A DNA stretch of 64,000 nucleotides, taken from contig JAWKJA010000002.1 in the NCBI GenBank assembly GCA_041394025.1, positions 1,272,021 through 1,336,020 of the forward strand. The letters run 5' to 3'. The notes below the pieces were generated by a model, which worked only from the letters and a program-made list of their open reading frames with translations, did no database searches and was not told the origin of the DNA. How positions within the stretch are numbered: the stretch's first letter is position 1; every line of letters begins with the position of its first letter. Of this stretch, positions 50,097 through 58,364 are shown piece by piece. This DNA comes from Acidimicrobiia bacterium. Lineage in GTDB: Bacteria; Actinomycetota; Acidimicrobiia; IMCC26256; JAOSJL01. The translations under genes were made by a program, and so were the position numbers.

Positions 50097-51272
50097 TCAG
50101 GCGAGCAGCTCCCCGGCGATGATCCCCTTGCGCACCTCGGTGGTGCCGGCGCCGATCTCGAGCAGCTTCGTGGCCCGGAACAGCCGGTTCACCTCGGTCT
50201 CCCAGATGTAACCGTTGCCACCGTGCACCTGCACCGCGTTGTCGAGCACCTTGTTGCACATGTCGGCGCAGTACATCACCGACGCCGCCGTGCGGGCGTG
50301 GATCTCGCCGTGGCCTGCGTCGGTGGGACCGATGCCGTCGCACTCGGCGAGCACCTGCCAGCAGAACGTCTTCATGGTCTCGACCCAGACGTACATGTCG
50401 GCCAGGCGCGACTGCACCATCTGGAAACTGCCGATGGGCTGGCCGAACTGCTCGCGCGATCCGGCGTAGTCCACCGACAGCTCGAGGGCACGTTCGGCGA
50501 TTCCGACGTTGATGGGGGCGATCATGGCGCGCTCCAGATCGAGGCCGCTCATCACCACCCGGTGCCCCTGGTCGACGGTGCCGACCACGTTCTCCACCGG
50601 GACGACCATGTCGTCGAACACGAGCTCCGCGGTCTGGCTGCCCCGAAAGCCCATCTTCTCGAGCTTCTGGGCCACCGTGAAGCCCGGGGTGTCGGCCTCG
50701 ACGACGAACGCCGTGATGCCCTTCGACCCCGAATCGGGTTGCGTCTTGGCGTAGAGGAGACAGATGTCGGCCACGGGTCCGTTCGTGATGAACAGCTTCG
50801 AGCCGTTGATCACGAAGGTGTCGCCGTCGCGCACCGCTCGCGTACGCATCGAGCCCAGGGCATCGGATCCGGCGCCCGGCTCGGTCAGGCCGAGACAGCC
50901 GACGAGCTCGCCGGAGCACAGGCCGGGAAGGTACTTCTCCTTGACCTGCTCGCTCGCGTTGGCCGCGATGTTGTTGGCGCACAGGTTGTCGTGCGCGACC
51001 CAGCTCAGCCCGAACGCATGGTTCCAGCGCGAGAACGCCTGGAGCACCAGGCCCGACTCGAGCATCCCCATCCCCGCTCCGCCGTAGCGCTCCGGGATCG
51101 TGGCCCCCAGGAAGCCCTGCTTCCCGAGCCGCTCGAAGATGCCCGTGGGCCACCACTCGTCGTTGTCCATGCGCTCGGCGAGCGGGTAGAGCTCGGCGCG
51201 CGCGAAGCGGTCGGCCTCGTCGAGGAGGGCGGACTGCTCGTCGGTGAGGGCGAAGCGGCTGGTGCCGGCCAT
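50097..51272 (-). CDS. acyl-CoA dehydrogenase (isovaleryl-CoA dehydrogenase-like)
   Basis: 391 aa, ...GLTEPGAGSDA..., with C-terminal ...RLFRATKLLEIGAGTTEVRKGIIAGELL. Context of carboxylase and hydratase genes. Confidence 0.88.
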   Translation of the reverse strand: MAGTSRFALTDEQSALLDEADRFARAELYPLAERMDNDEWWPTGIFERLGKQGFLGATIPERYGGAGMGMLESGLVLQAFSRWNHAFGLSWVAHDNLCANNIAANASEQVKEKYLPGLCSGELVGCLGLTEPGAGSDALGSMRTRAVRDGDTFVINGSKLFITNGPVADICLLYAKTQPDSGSKGITAFVVEADTPGFTVAQKLEKMGFRGSQTAELVFDDMVVPVENVVGTVDQGHRVVMSGLDLERAMIAPINVGIAERALELSVDYAGSREQFGQPIGSFQMVQSRLADMYVWVETMKTFCWQVLAECDGIGPTDAGHGEIHARTAASVMYCADMCNKVLDNAVQVHGGNGYIWETEVNRLFRATKLLEIGAGTTEVRKGIIAGELLA

Positions 51273-51291
51273 GATGCGGCTCCTTCGGCGA

Positions 51292-51306
51292 GTGAGGTAT
51301 CCTCAC
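51292..51306. promoter_or_regulatory. operator-like palindrome 1 in the acyl-CoA dehydrogenase / TetR divergent region
   Basis: GTGAGG-TAT-CCTCAC, perfect 6-bp inverted arms. It lies 20 nt from the dehydrogenase ATG and 5 nt before the annotated TetR GTG. Confidence 0.5.
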
Positions 51307-51310
51307 GGAT

Positions 51311-52078
51311 GTGTCCCAGACCGTAGCAGGATCGTCGGCCTCATCTGATGCCGGCGTGAGTGTTCCTCACCCCACGGCGTCCCAGATCCTCGACGCTGCA
51401 CGACACCTGTTCGCCGAGCAGGGCTACGACGCCACCTCGGTGGCGGGGATCGCCGAGCAGGTGGGCGTCGTCGAGGGGGCGGTGTACCGCCACTTCCCGG
51501 GCAAACGCGACCTCCTCAACCGGGTGATCCGCTCCTTCTACGAGCCGCTCATCGACTCCGCGCGCGCCGGCGTTGCCGACATCGCCTCGCCACGCGAGCA
51601 GGTGCGCTTCCTGATCCGCCACCAACTGCGCGCCATGGTCCACGACACCCGCATGTGCCGTCTCATCATCAGCGAGGCCCGCGCATTCGACGACTACCAC
51701 ACCTCGGAGGTCGCCGATCTCAACCGTCGCTACACGAGCCTGCTCACCACCGCATTCCGTTCCGGAGTCGAGCAGGGCGAGTTCCGGCGCGACCTACCCG
51801 CCGAGCTCGTACGCGACCTCGTGTACGGGAGCATCGAGCACATCACGTGGTCGGCGCTCTCCGGCCGGGAGGGGGCCGATGTCGTCGATCCCGATGTGAC
51901 CGCCGAGCAGCTGATGTCGGTGTTGTGCCGGGGCATCGACGAACCGGTCGTCGTCCCCCACGCGGCACGCAGCGACGGCGGTGCCCTCCCCTCGCTCGCC
52001 GCCGAGCTCCGTCGGCTGGCCACCGTCGCCGACGGCCTCGACGCAACGAGCGTCACCGACGACGGGGCCGGAGAATGA
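51311..52078 (+). CDS. TetR/AcrR-family transcriptional regulator
   Basis: HTH region ILDAARHLFAEQGYDATSVAGIAEQVGVVEGAVYRHFPGKRDLL. The start may instead be the GTG at 51356. ATGA overlap with the next gene. Confidence 0.88.
   Translation: MSQTVAGSSASSDAGVSVPHPTASQILDAARHLFAEQGYDATSVAGIAEQVGVVEGAVYRHFPGKRDLLNRVIRSFYEPLIDSARAGVADIASPREQVRFLIRHQLRAMVHDTRMCRLIISEARAFDDYHTSEVADLNRRYTSLLTTAFRSGVEQGEFRRDLPAELVRDLVYGSIEHITWSALSGREGADVVDPDVTAEQLMSVLCRGIDEPVVVPHAARSDGGALPSLAAELRRLATVADGLDATSVTDDGAGE
51356..51370. promoter_or_regulatory. operator-like palindrome 2 (imperfect copy)
   Basis: GTGAGTGTTCCTCAC shares the GTGAG...CCTCAC arms with site 1. It overlaps an in-frame alternative GTG start of the TetR gene. 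Confidence 0.4.
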
Positions 52079-53673
52079 GCTTCCTGCGCTCCGACCTCGA
52101 CACCACCAGCGACACCCACGTCGCCAACCGGGCGGCGATGCTGGAGCACATCCACCGCTACGAACAGCTGGTGGCCGAGGCAGTCGCCGGTGGCGGCGAG
52201 AAGTACGTGCAACGCCATCACGACCGTGGCCGCCTTCTGGCACGCGAGCGCATCGAACTGCTGCTCGACAGCGACACACCCTTCCTCGAGCTGTCGGTCA
52301 CCGCCGGGGCAGGAACGGAGTTCGCGGTGGGCGCAGCCGTCGTCACCGGGGTCGGCCAGGTGTCGGGCACCGAGTGCGTCATCCTCGCCAACGACCCCAC
52401 CGTGCGCGGCGGCTCCATGAACCCGATCACCGTCCGCAAGATCCTCCGGGCGCTCGACATCTGCGCCGAGAACCGCCTGCCGATGGTCTTCCTCGTGGAG
52501 TCCGGCGGCGCGGATCTCCCCCACCAGCTCGACCTCTACCTGCCCGCCGGCGAGATGTTCCGCAAGATCACGGAACTGTCGGCGCAGGCCATTCCCACCA
52601 TCTCGCTCGTGTTCGGGAGCTCGACGGCCGGTGGGGCGTACCTCCCCGGCGTCAGCGACTACACGGTGATGGTCGACCGGCAGGCCAAGGTGTTCCTCGG
52701 CGGCACCCCTCTCGTGAAGATGGCCACGGGTGAGGACGCCGACGAGGAGGATCTCGGCGGGGCGGCCATGCACTCGCGCACATCGGGCGTGTCCGACTAC
52801 TTCGCCGTCGACGAACGCGACGCACTCCGGATCGGTCGCTCCATCGTGCGCGACCTCACGTACCGCAAGCTCGGGCCGGACCCGGACCGCCCGGCCCTAC
52901 CCCCGCGCTACGACCCCGAGGAGATCCTGGGGGTGGTGTCGGCCGACCTCAAGGTCCCGTTCCCGGTACGGGAGGTGCTGGCGCGGGTCGTCGATGACTC
53001 GGAGTTGGACGAGTTCAAGCCCGATTTCGGCGCCAACCTCGTCACCGGCTTCGCGTTTCTGCACGGTCGGTCCGTCGGGATCCTCGCCAACGACCGCGGG
53101 GTCCTTCTCAACGAGGAGGCCAACAAGGCCGCCCAGTTCATCCAGCTCGCCAACCAGGCCGACACCCCGCTCCTCTTCGTCCAGAACGTCACGGGCTACG
53201 TCGTCGGCACCGAGTACGAGCAGCGCGGGATGGTCAAGCACGGGTCCCACCAGATCAACGCCGTCGCCAACTCCACCGTGCCCCACCTCACGGTCCAGAT
53301 CGGGGGGTCCTACGGCGCGGGCAACTACGGCATGGCAGGGCGGCCCTACAACCCGCGGTTCCTGTTCGTGTGGCCGAACGCCAAGACGGCGGTGATGGGA
53401 GCCGAGCAACTCGCCGGGACCCTGTCGATCGTCGCCCGCTCCTCGGCCGAGGACCGCGGCCTTCCATTCGACGAGAAAGCCGACGCCGAAAGGCGGCGCA
53501 CCATCGAGGAGCAGATCACCCGGGAGGAGAGGGCGGAGGTCATGTCGGGTCTGCTCAACGACGACGGCATCATCGACCCCCGCGACACCCGCGACGTGCT
53601 CGGAGTGGCCCTGTCGGCTGCCCTCACCACCGAGTGCCGCGGTCAGCGCGGCTACGGCGTCTTCCGGACGTGA
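52075..53673 (+). CDS. acyl-CoA carboxylase carboxyltransferase (beta) subunit, methylcrotonyl-CoA carboxylase-like
   Basis: Starts MSFLRSDLDTTSDTHVANRAAMLEHI within track ORF 51655..53673. Carboxyltransferase N and C halves (...ILANDPTVRGGSM... and ...LFVQNVTGY...). Confidence 0.88.
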   Translation: MSFLRSDLDTTSDTHVANRAAMLEHIHRYEQLVAEAVAGGGEKYVQRHHDRGRLLARERIELLLDSDTPFLELSVTAGAGTEFAVGAAVVTGVGQVSGTECVILANDPTVRGGSMNPITVRKILRALDICAENRLPMVFLVESGGADLPHQLDLYLPAGEMFRKITELSAQAIPTISLVFGSSTAGGAYLPGVSDYTVMVDRQAKVFLGGTPLVKMATGEDADEEDLGGAAMHSRTSGVSDYFAVDERDALRIGRSIVRDLTYRKLGPDPDRPALPPRYDPEEILGVVSADLKVPFPVREVLARVVDDSELDEFKPDFGANLVTGFAFLHGRSVGILANDRGVLLNEEANKAAQFIQLANQADTPLLFVQNVTGYVVGTEYEQRGMVKHGSHQINAVANSTVPHLTVQIGGSYGAGNYGMAGRPYNPRFLFVWPNAKTAVMGAEQLAGTLSIVARSSAEDRGLPFDEKADAERRRTIEEQITREERAEVMSGLLNDDGIIDPRDTRDVLGVALSAALTTECRGQRGYGVFRT

Positions 53674-53695
53674 GCGGAGCGAGGCGGCGTATCCC

Positions 53696-55780
53696 GTGAT
53701 CGAACGACTCCTCGTGGCCAACCGGGGCGAGATCGCCCGACGCATCATGCGCACGTGCCGCCACCTCGGGATCGAGACCGTGGCGGTCTACTCCGACGCC
53801 GACGCCGACGCCGCCCTCGTACGCGACGCCGACATGTCCGTCGGCCTGGGTGGTGACTCGCCATCCGAGTCGTACCTCCGGGTCGACGCCGTCATCGACG
53901 CCGCCCATCGCACCGGTGCCGATGCCGTCCACCCCGGCTACGGCTTCCTGGCCGAGAGTGCGCCTTTCGCCCGTGCGGTGTCGGACGCCGGGTTGGTCTT
54001 CGTGGGCCCGCGAGCCGACGTCATCGCCGCCATGGGCTCGAAGCTCGAGGCCAAGCGCCTCATGGCGGCCGCGGGCGTCCCCCTGCTCCCGTCGGCGGTG
54101 CTGACCGGCCTCGACGACGATGCCTGCGCCGCAGCGGCCGCCGAGGTCGGCTACCCGCTGCTCGTGAAGGCGTCCGCCGGCGGTGGTGGGCGGGGTATGC
54201 GGGTCGTGGGGTCGGCCGATCAGCTACCGGACGCCGTGGAGTCGGCGTCACGGGAGGCCGCGTCGGCCTTCGGCGACGGAACGGTCTTTGCCGAGCGCCA
54301 CGTCGCGCCGTCCCGCCACGTCGAGGTGCAGATCCTGGGTGACGACTCGGGCCGGGTCGTGCATCTCCACGAGCGCGACTGCTCGATCCAGCGGCGTCAC
54401 CAGAAGATCATCGAGGAGGCACCTGCTCCGACGATCAGCGATGCGACACGTACCGCGCTGCACGGGGCTGCGGTACGCGCCGGCGAGGCCATCGGCTACA
54501 CCAACGCCGGAACCGTCGAGTTCCTGCTCGCCCCGAGCCCCGGCGGTGGGCCCGAGGAGTTCTACTTCCTCGAGGTCAACACCCGGCTCCAGGTCGAGCA
54601 CCCCGTGACAGAGGCCGTCCTCGGCGTCGATCTCGTGGAGCTCCAACTCCGTGTCGCTGCGGGCAAGGACGTTCCCCCGCAGGACGAGATCGGGTCACCG
54701 AACGGCCACGCGGTCGAGGCCCGGCTGTACGCGGAGGACCCGACAGCCGACTTCCTCCCCTCGAACGGCATCGTCCACGCGTTCTCCGTCCCCGGGGATG
54801 TCCGCGTCGACAGCATCCTCGACAACCCGTCGGGTGCGGCCTCCGACGAAGTCGTTACCGGCCCCGCTGCGGAGACGGCGGGCGTGGTTCCGCGCTTCTA
54901 CGACCCGATGATCGCCAAGGTCATCGCCCACGCCCCCACACGGGAGGACGCGGCACGAAAGCTCGCCGCGTCCCTCGCCGGTGCCACGGTCGACGGGATA
55001 CGCACCAACCGGGACCTCCTCGTGCGCACCCTGCGCCACCCGGAGTTCCTCACCGGGCGGGGTGACAGCAGCTTCCTCGAACGCCACTCCCCTTCCGAGC
55101 TGGGTCGCCCACTCGTGGAAGGGGCCGAACGAGCCTGCCACGCCGCCGCAGCCGCCCTGGCACTCCAGGCGCTGCACAGGGGTTCCGACGACCACACCGG
55201 CAGCGTCTCGACCGGATTCCGGAACGTCCCGAGTGCCCCCCAGCGGGTCTCGCTCGTCGATCGCGACGCCGGCGGGAGCGACGGGGCAGCCGGAAGCGAC
55301 GACGCGGGCGAGCACGCCGTCGAGTACCGGTTCACCCGCAACCGTTTGACACACCTCAGCGTCGACGGCGAGGCGCTGGACGGTGCCGTTGCCCACGACA
55401 TCACACCGCACTGTGTCGATCTGTCGGTCGGGGGCATCCGTCGCCTGGTCGACGTCCGGATCACCCCCGGATCCGTGTCGGTGACCGGGCCCGGGGGTGG
55501 CTCTGTCTTCGGCGTCGTCCCGCGTTTCGTCGAGCCCGAGGACACGCTCGATCCGGGCTCGACGGTGGCGTCGATGCCGGGAACGGTCGTCGCCGTGCAC
55601 GTGGTCGAGGGTGACGCCGTGGAGGTCGGTGACGTGTTGGTCGTCATGGAGGCCATGAAGATGGAACTGGCGGTGACGGCCACGACCTCGGGGGTGGTGA
55701 CCTCCGTGCCGGTGGAGGTGGGCGCCACGGTCGGCGCGGGAACAGTTCTCGCCGTCGTCGAGGAGGCGGGCGGGCGCTAG
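53696..55780 (+). CDS. acyl-CoA carboxylase biotin carboxylase + biotin carrier (alpha) subunit
   Basis: 694 aa, LLVANRGEIARRIMRTC..., ATP-grasp fold. The C-terminal biotinyl motif is VMEAMKME. Confidence 0.92.
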   Translation: MIERLLVANRGEIARRIMRTCRHLGIETVAVYSDADADAALVRDADMSVGLGGDSPSESYLRVDAVIDAAHRTGADAVHPGYGFLAESAPFARAVSDAGLVFVGPRADVIAAMGSKLEAKRLMAAAGVPLLPSAVLTGLDDDACAAAAAEVGYPLLVKASAGGGGRGMRVVGSADQLPDAVESASREAASAFGDGTVFAERHVAPSRHVEVQILGDDSGRVVHLHERDCSIQRRHQKIIEEAPAPTISDATRTALHGAAVRAGEAIGYTNAGTVEFLLAPSPGGGPEEFYFLEVNTRLQVEHPVTEAVLGVDLVELQLRVAAGKDVPPQDEIGSPNGHAVEARLYAEDPTADFLPSNGIVHAFSVPGDVRVDSILDNPSGAASDEVVTGPAAETAGVVPRFYDPMIAKVIAHAPTREDAARKLAASLAGATVDGIRTNRDLLVRTLRHPEFLTGRGDSSFLERHSPSELGRPLVEGAERACHAAAAALALQALHRGSDDHTGSVSTGFRNVPSAPQRVSLVDRDAGGSDGAAGSDDAGEHAVEYRFTRNRLTHLSVDGEALDGAVAHDITPHCVDLSVGGIRRLVDVRITPGSVSVTGPGGGSVFGVVPRFVEPEDTLDPGSTVASMPGTVVAVHVVEGDAVEVGDVLVVMEAMKMELAVTATTSGVVTSVPVEVGATVGAGTVLAVVEEAGGR

Positions 55781-56556
55781 GAGCGCGGCGACCAGGGTGG
55801 CGGCTTCTTCTCCAGGTACGACGTCATACCGGCCTGCGCCTCGTCGCTCGTGAAGAGCTCGGAAGACAGCTCGGCCGTCCATGCGAACGCGTCGGCGGCG
55901 GCCATCGTCGGCACCCGGTTCATGAGCTCCTTCGCGGCCGCCAGCCCCTGCGGCGAGCCCTCGAGCAGGTCGGCGACGATCCGGTCGACGGTGGCGTCGA
56001 GTTCGTCGGCCGGAACCGCCTCGTTGATGATCCCGATACGTGCAGCGTCGGGCGCGAGGAACCGGTTTCCCCGGAGAAAGGCGGCCGCAGCGTCGGCCCG
56101 GCGCATCTTCGGGAGACAGACCACCGAGATGACGGCCGGCGCGACGCCGATCCGGACCTCGGTGAATCCGAACTTGGCGTCGTCGACAGCCACCGAGAGG
56201 TCCATGGCGGCTGCGAGACCCATGCCACCCGCGACCGCGTGGCCCGCGATCCTGCCCACGAAGGGCTTCCGTGAGTTCGTGATACGGCGAAAGAGCTGTG
56301 CGGGATCAACAGGCGTGGGAGCATCGCCGCTCCCGTCGTCATCACCCGACGACCGTTCCGACAGGTCGGCGCCGGCGCAGAACACGTGGCCCTCGTTCGT
56401 GACCACGACGACACGGACCTCGTCGTCGCTCTCGGCCCGGTCGAGTGCCTCCACGAACTCGGCCGACAGTTGGCGGCTGAGCACGTTGCGCTTCTCGGGA
56501 TCCGTCAGGGTGACGGTGAGCACCCCGTCGCGCAGCTCCGTCGTGACCTTCTGCAT
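55777..56556 (-). CDS. enoyl-CoA hydratase/isomerase family protein (methylglutaconyl-CoA hydratase-like)
   Basis: 259 aa of the crotonase fold: VVVTNEGHVFCAGADL...GHAVAGGMGLAAAMD. Confidence 0.88.
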   Translation of the reverse strand: MQKVTTELRDGVLTVTLTDPEKRNVLSRQLSAEFVEALDRAESDDEVRVVVVTNEGHVFCAGADLSERSSGDDDGSGDAPTPVDPAQLFRRITNSRKPFVGRIAGHAVAGGMGLAAAMDLSVAVDDAKFGFTEVRIGVAPAVISVVCLPKMRRADAAAAFLRGNRFLAPDAARIGIINEAVPADELDATVDRIVADLLEGSPQGLAAAKELMNRVPTMAAADAFAWTAELSSELFTSDEAQAGMTSYLEKKPPPWSPRS

Positions 56557-56558
56557 CG

Positions 56559-57080
56559 TCAGTCTCCTGCAACGTCGTGGAGCTCACCGGTCGACACGTC
56601 GTAGACGAAGCCGCGGACGTGGTCGGTGTGCGGGACGAACGGTGTGAGCTCCAGCCGCTTGATCGACTGGCGCACGTCGGCGTAGGGGTCGGAGAAGGCG
56701 TCGAGAGCCCAGGGGGGCGCAACGCCGAGCTCCTCGACGAGCTCCGCGCGGAATGAGTCGTCGCTGACCTTCTGGAGGCCGCAGTCGGTGTGGTGCACGA
56801 GAACGATCTCGCGTGTCCCGAGCGCCCGTTGCGACAGGCACAACGACCGGACGACGTCGTCGGTGACGACACCTCCGGCGTTGCGGATGATGTGCGCCTC
56901 GCCGTTGCCGAGCCCGAGGATCTCGAAGATGTCCATGCGGGAGTCCATGCACGCCACGACAGCGAGGTGGAGACCGGGTGCCACCGGGAGGTCGCCGGCG
57001 TCGAACGATGCCGCGAACACGGCGTTGCCGGCGAGGAGTCGGTCGGCGACCGGCTGGTGCTCATCTGCGGGTGATGTCAT
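56559..57080 (-). CDS. beta-class carbonic anhydrase
   Basis: 173 aa with zinc ligand motifs ACMDSR and HHTDCG. Confidence 0.85.
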   Translation of the reverse strand: MTSPADEHQPVADRLLAGNAVFAASFDAGDLPVAPGLHLAVVACMDSRMDIFEILGLGNGEAHIIRNAGGVVTDDVVRSLCLSQRALGTREIVLVHHTDCGLQKVSDDSFRAELVEELGVAPPWALDAFSDPYADVRQSIKRLELTPFVPHTDHVRGFVYDVSTGELHDVAGD

Positions 57081-57122
57081 CGCCGCATGGTAGACACCGA
57101 CCCGTGGGTCACCTCGACCGCC

Positions 57123-58304
57123 CTATGCCGGGGCCGGTCGGGAGAGCGCGAGGGCGTTCTCACGCATCACGAGGCGGATCTCGTCGTCGGTGTAGCCGTC
57201 GAGGTCGTCCACGAAGCTCAGCGGGTCGGCGAGGCCCTCGGCGTGCGGGTAGTCGGACCCGAACAGAACGTGGTCGGCCCCGATGGCGTCCCGAAGGCCG
57301 ACGAGGTCGTCCTCGTAGAACGGCGCCACCCACACCTGACGCTTGAAGACGTCGATGGGATCCTCGGCGAACTGGCCCGGACGTTGCCTGTGCGCCCGCC
57401 CGAGCGACCGGAGCAACGGCTGCACCCAGTCGCTTCCCGACTCGATCGTCGCCACCCGTAGGTTCGGGAAACGCGCGAGCACGCCGTGACACACCAGAGC
57501 GGCCAACGTGTCGTGAATCGGCCGGTGCCCCGTGATGATCTGCTTGAAGCTGTCGTGTCGGAACGCCTCGAACTCGGCCGACTGCCCCCACGCCTCCGCC
57601 ATGAAGCCGTACCCCGACTCGCCGGAGTGGTAGGCCACGAGCACCCCGGCCTCCGCCAGACGTGCCCACACGGGGTCGTAGACCGCGTCGCCCGGTGAGC
57701 GGTGGCCCTCCGGCGCGCGCACCGGGCCCGAGCGCATCACCACGACGCGGGCCCCCCGCTCGAGCACCCACTCCACCTCGGCAACCGCCGACTCGGGGTC
57801 GAGAAGCGAGATCATGGGTGCTGCGAACAGACGATCCTCGAAGTCGAAGCTCCAGTCGTCGAGGAGCCACTGGTTGAAGGCGTGGAACACAGCGTGCGCG
57901 GCGGGCGGATCGGACTCCAGGGCGTCCTCCATGCCGACGCCGAGCGTCGGGAAGAGGAACGCCCCGTCCAGACCGAGGTCGTCGAGCATGGCGACACGTG
58001 CTGCCGGTTCGCGGTAGCCGGGGTGGATGGGCTCAAGATCGCCGAATGCGGCGCGGATGTCGTCACCGGGGACCTTGCCGCGGAAGTAGTCGTCCAGAGC
58101 GCCCGGTCGGGCGACGGGGTCGAACGTCGGGTTCGGGATGAACCGGTTGAGCCTTCCTCCGACGAGCAGCCGCTGCCGCCCGTTCACCTCGGCCCACTGG
58201 ACCCCCCGCTTGGCGAATTCCTTCGGGATGTGGCGCGTGAACGCGTCGGTGGCCTCGTAGTAGTGGTTGTCGGCGTCGAACGGTCGGAAAGCGAGTGTCG
58301 CCAT
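57123..58304 (-). CDS. amidohydrolase-2 family metal-dependent hydrolase
   Basis: MATLAFRPFDADNHYYE... and ...VLFGSDYPHAEG. The ATG at 58304 is preceded by gaggggg; the track start (TTG at 58337) is less likely. Confidence 0.8.
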   Translation of the reverse strand: MATLAFRPFDADNHYYEATDAFTRHIPKEFAKRGVQWAEVNGRQRLLVGGRLNRFIPNPTFDPVARPGALDDYFRGKVPGDDIRAAFGDLEPIHPGYREPAARVAMLDDLGLDGAFLFPTLGVGMEDALESDPPAAHAVFHAFNQWLLDDWSFDFEDRLFAAPMISLLDPESAVAEVEWVLERGARVVVMRSGPVRAPEGHRSPGDAVYDPVWARLAEAGVLVAYHSGESGYGFMAEAWGQSAEFEAFRHDSFKQIITGHRPIHDTLAALVCHGVLARFPNLRVATIESGSDWVQPLLRSLGRAHRQRPGQFAEDPIDVFKRQVWVAPFYEDDLVGLRDAIGADHVLFGSDYPHAEGLADPLSFVDDLDGYTDDEIRLVMRENALALSRPAPA

Positions 58305-58364
58305 CGGTGCCCCCTCGTCGGTCGTCGACGGTACCAACGACGCTACGTCGAACGCGGTCGGCGC

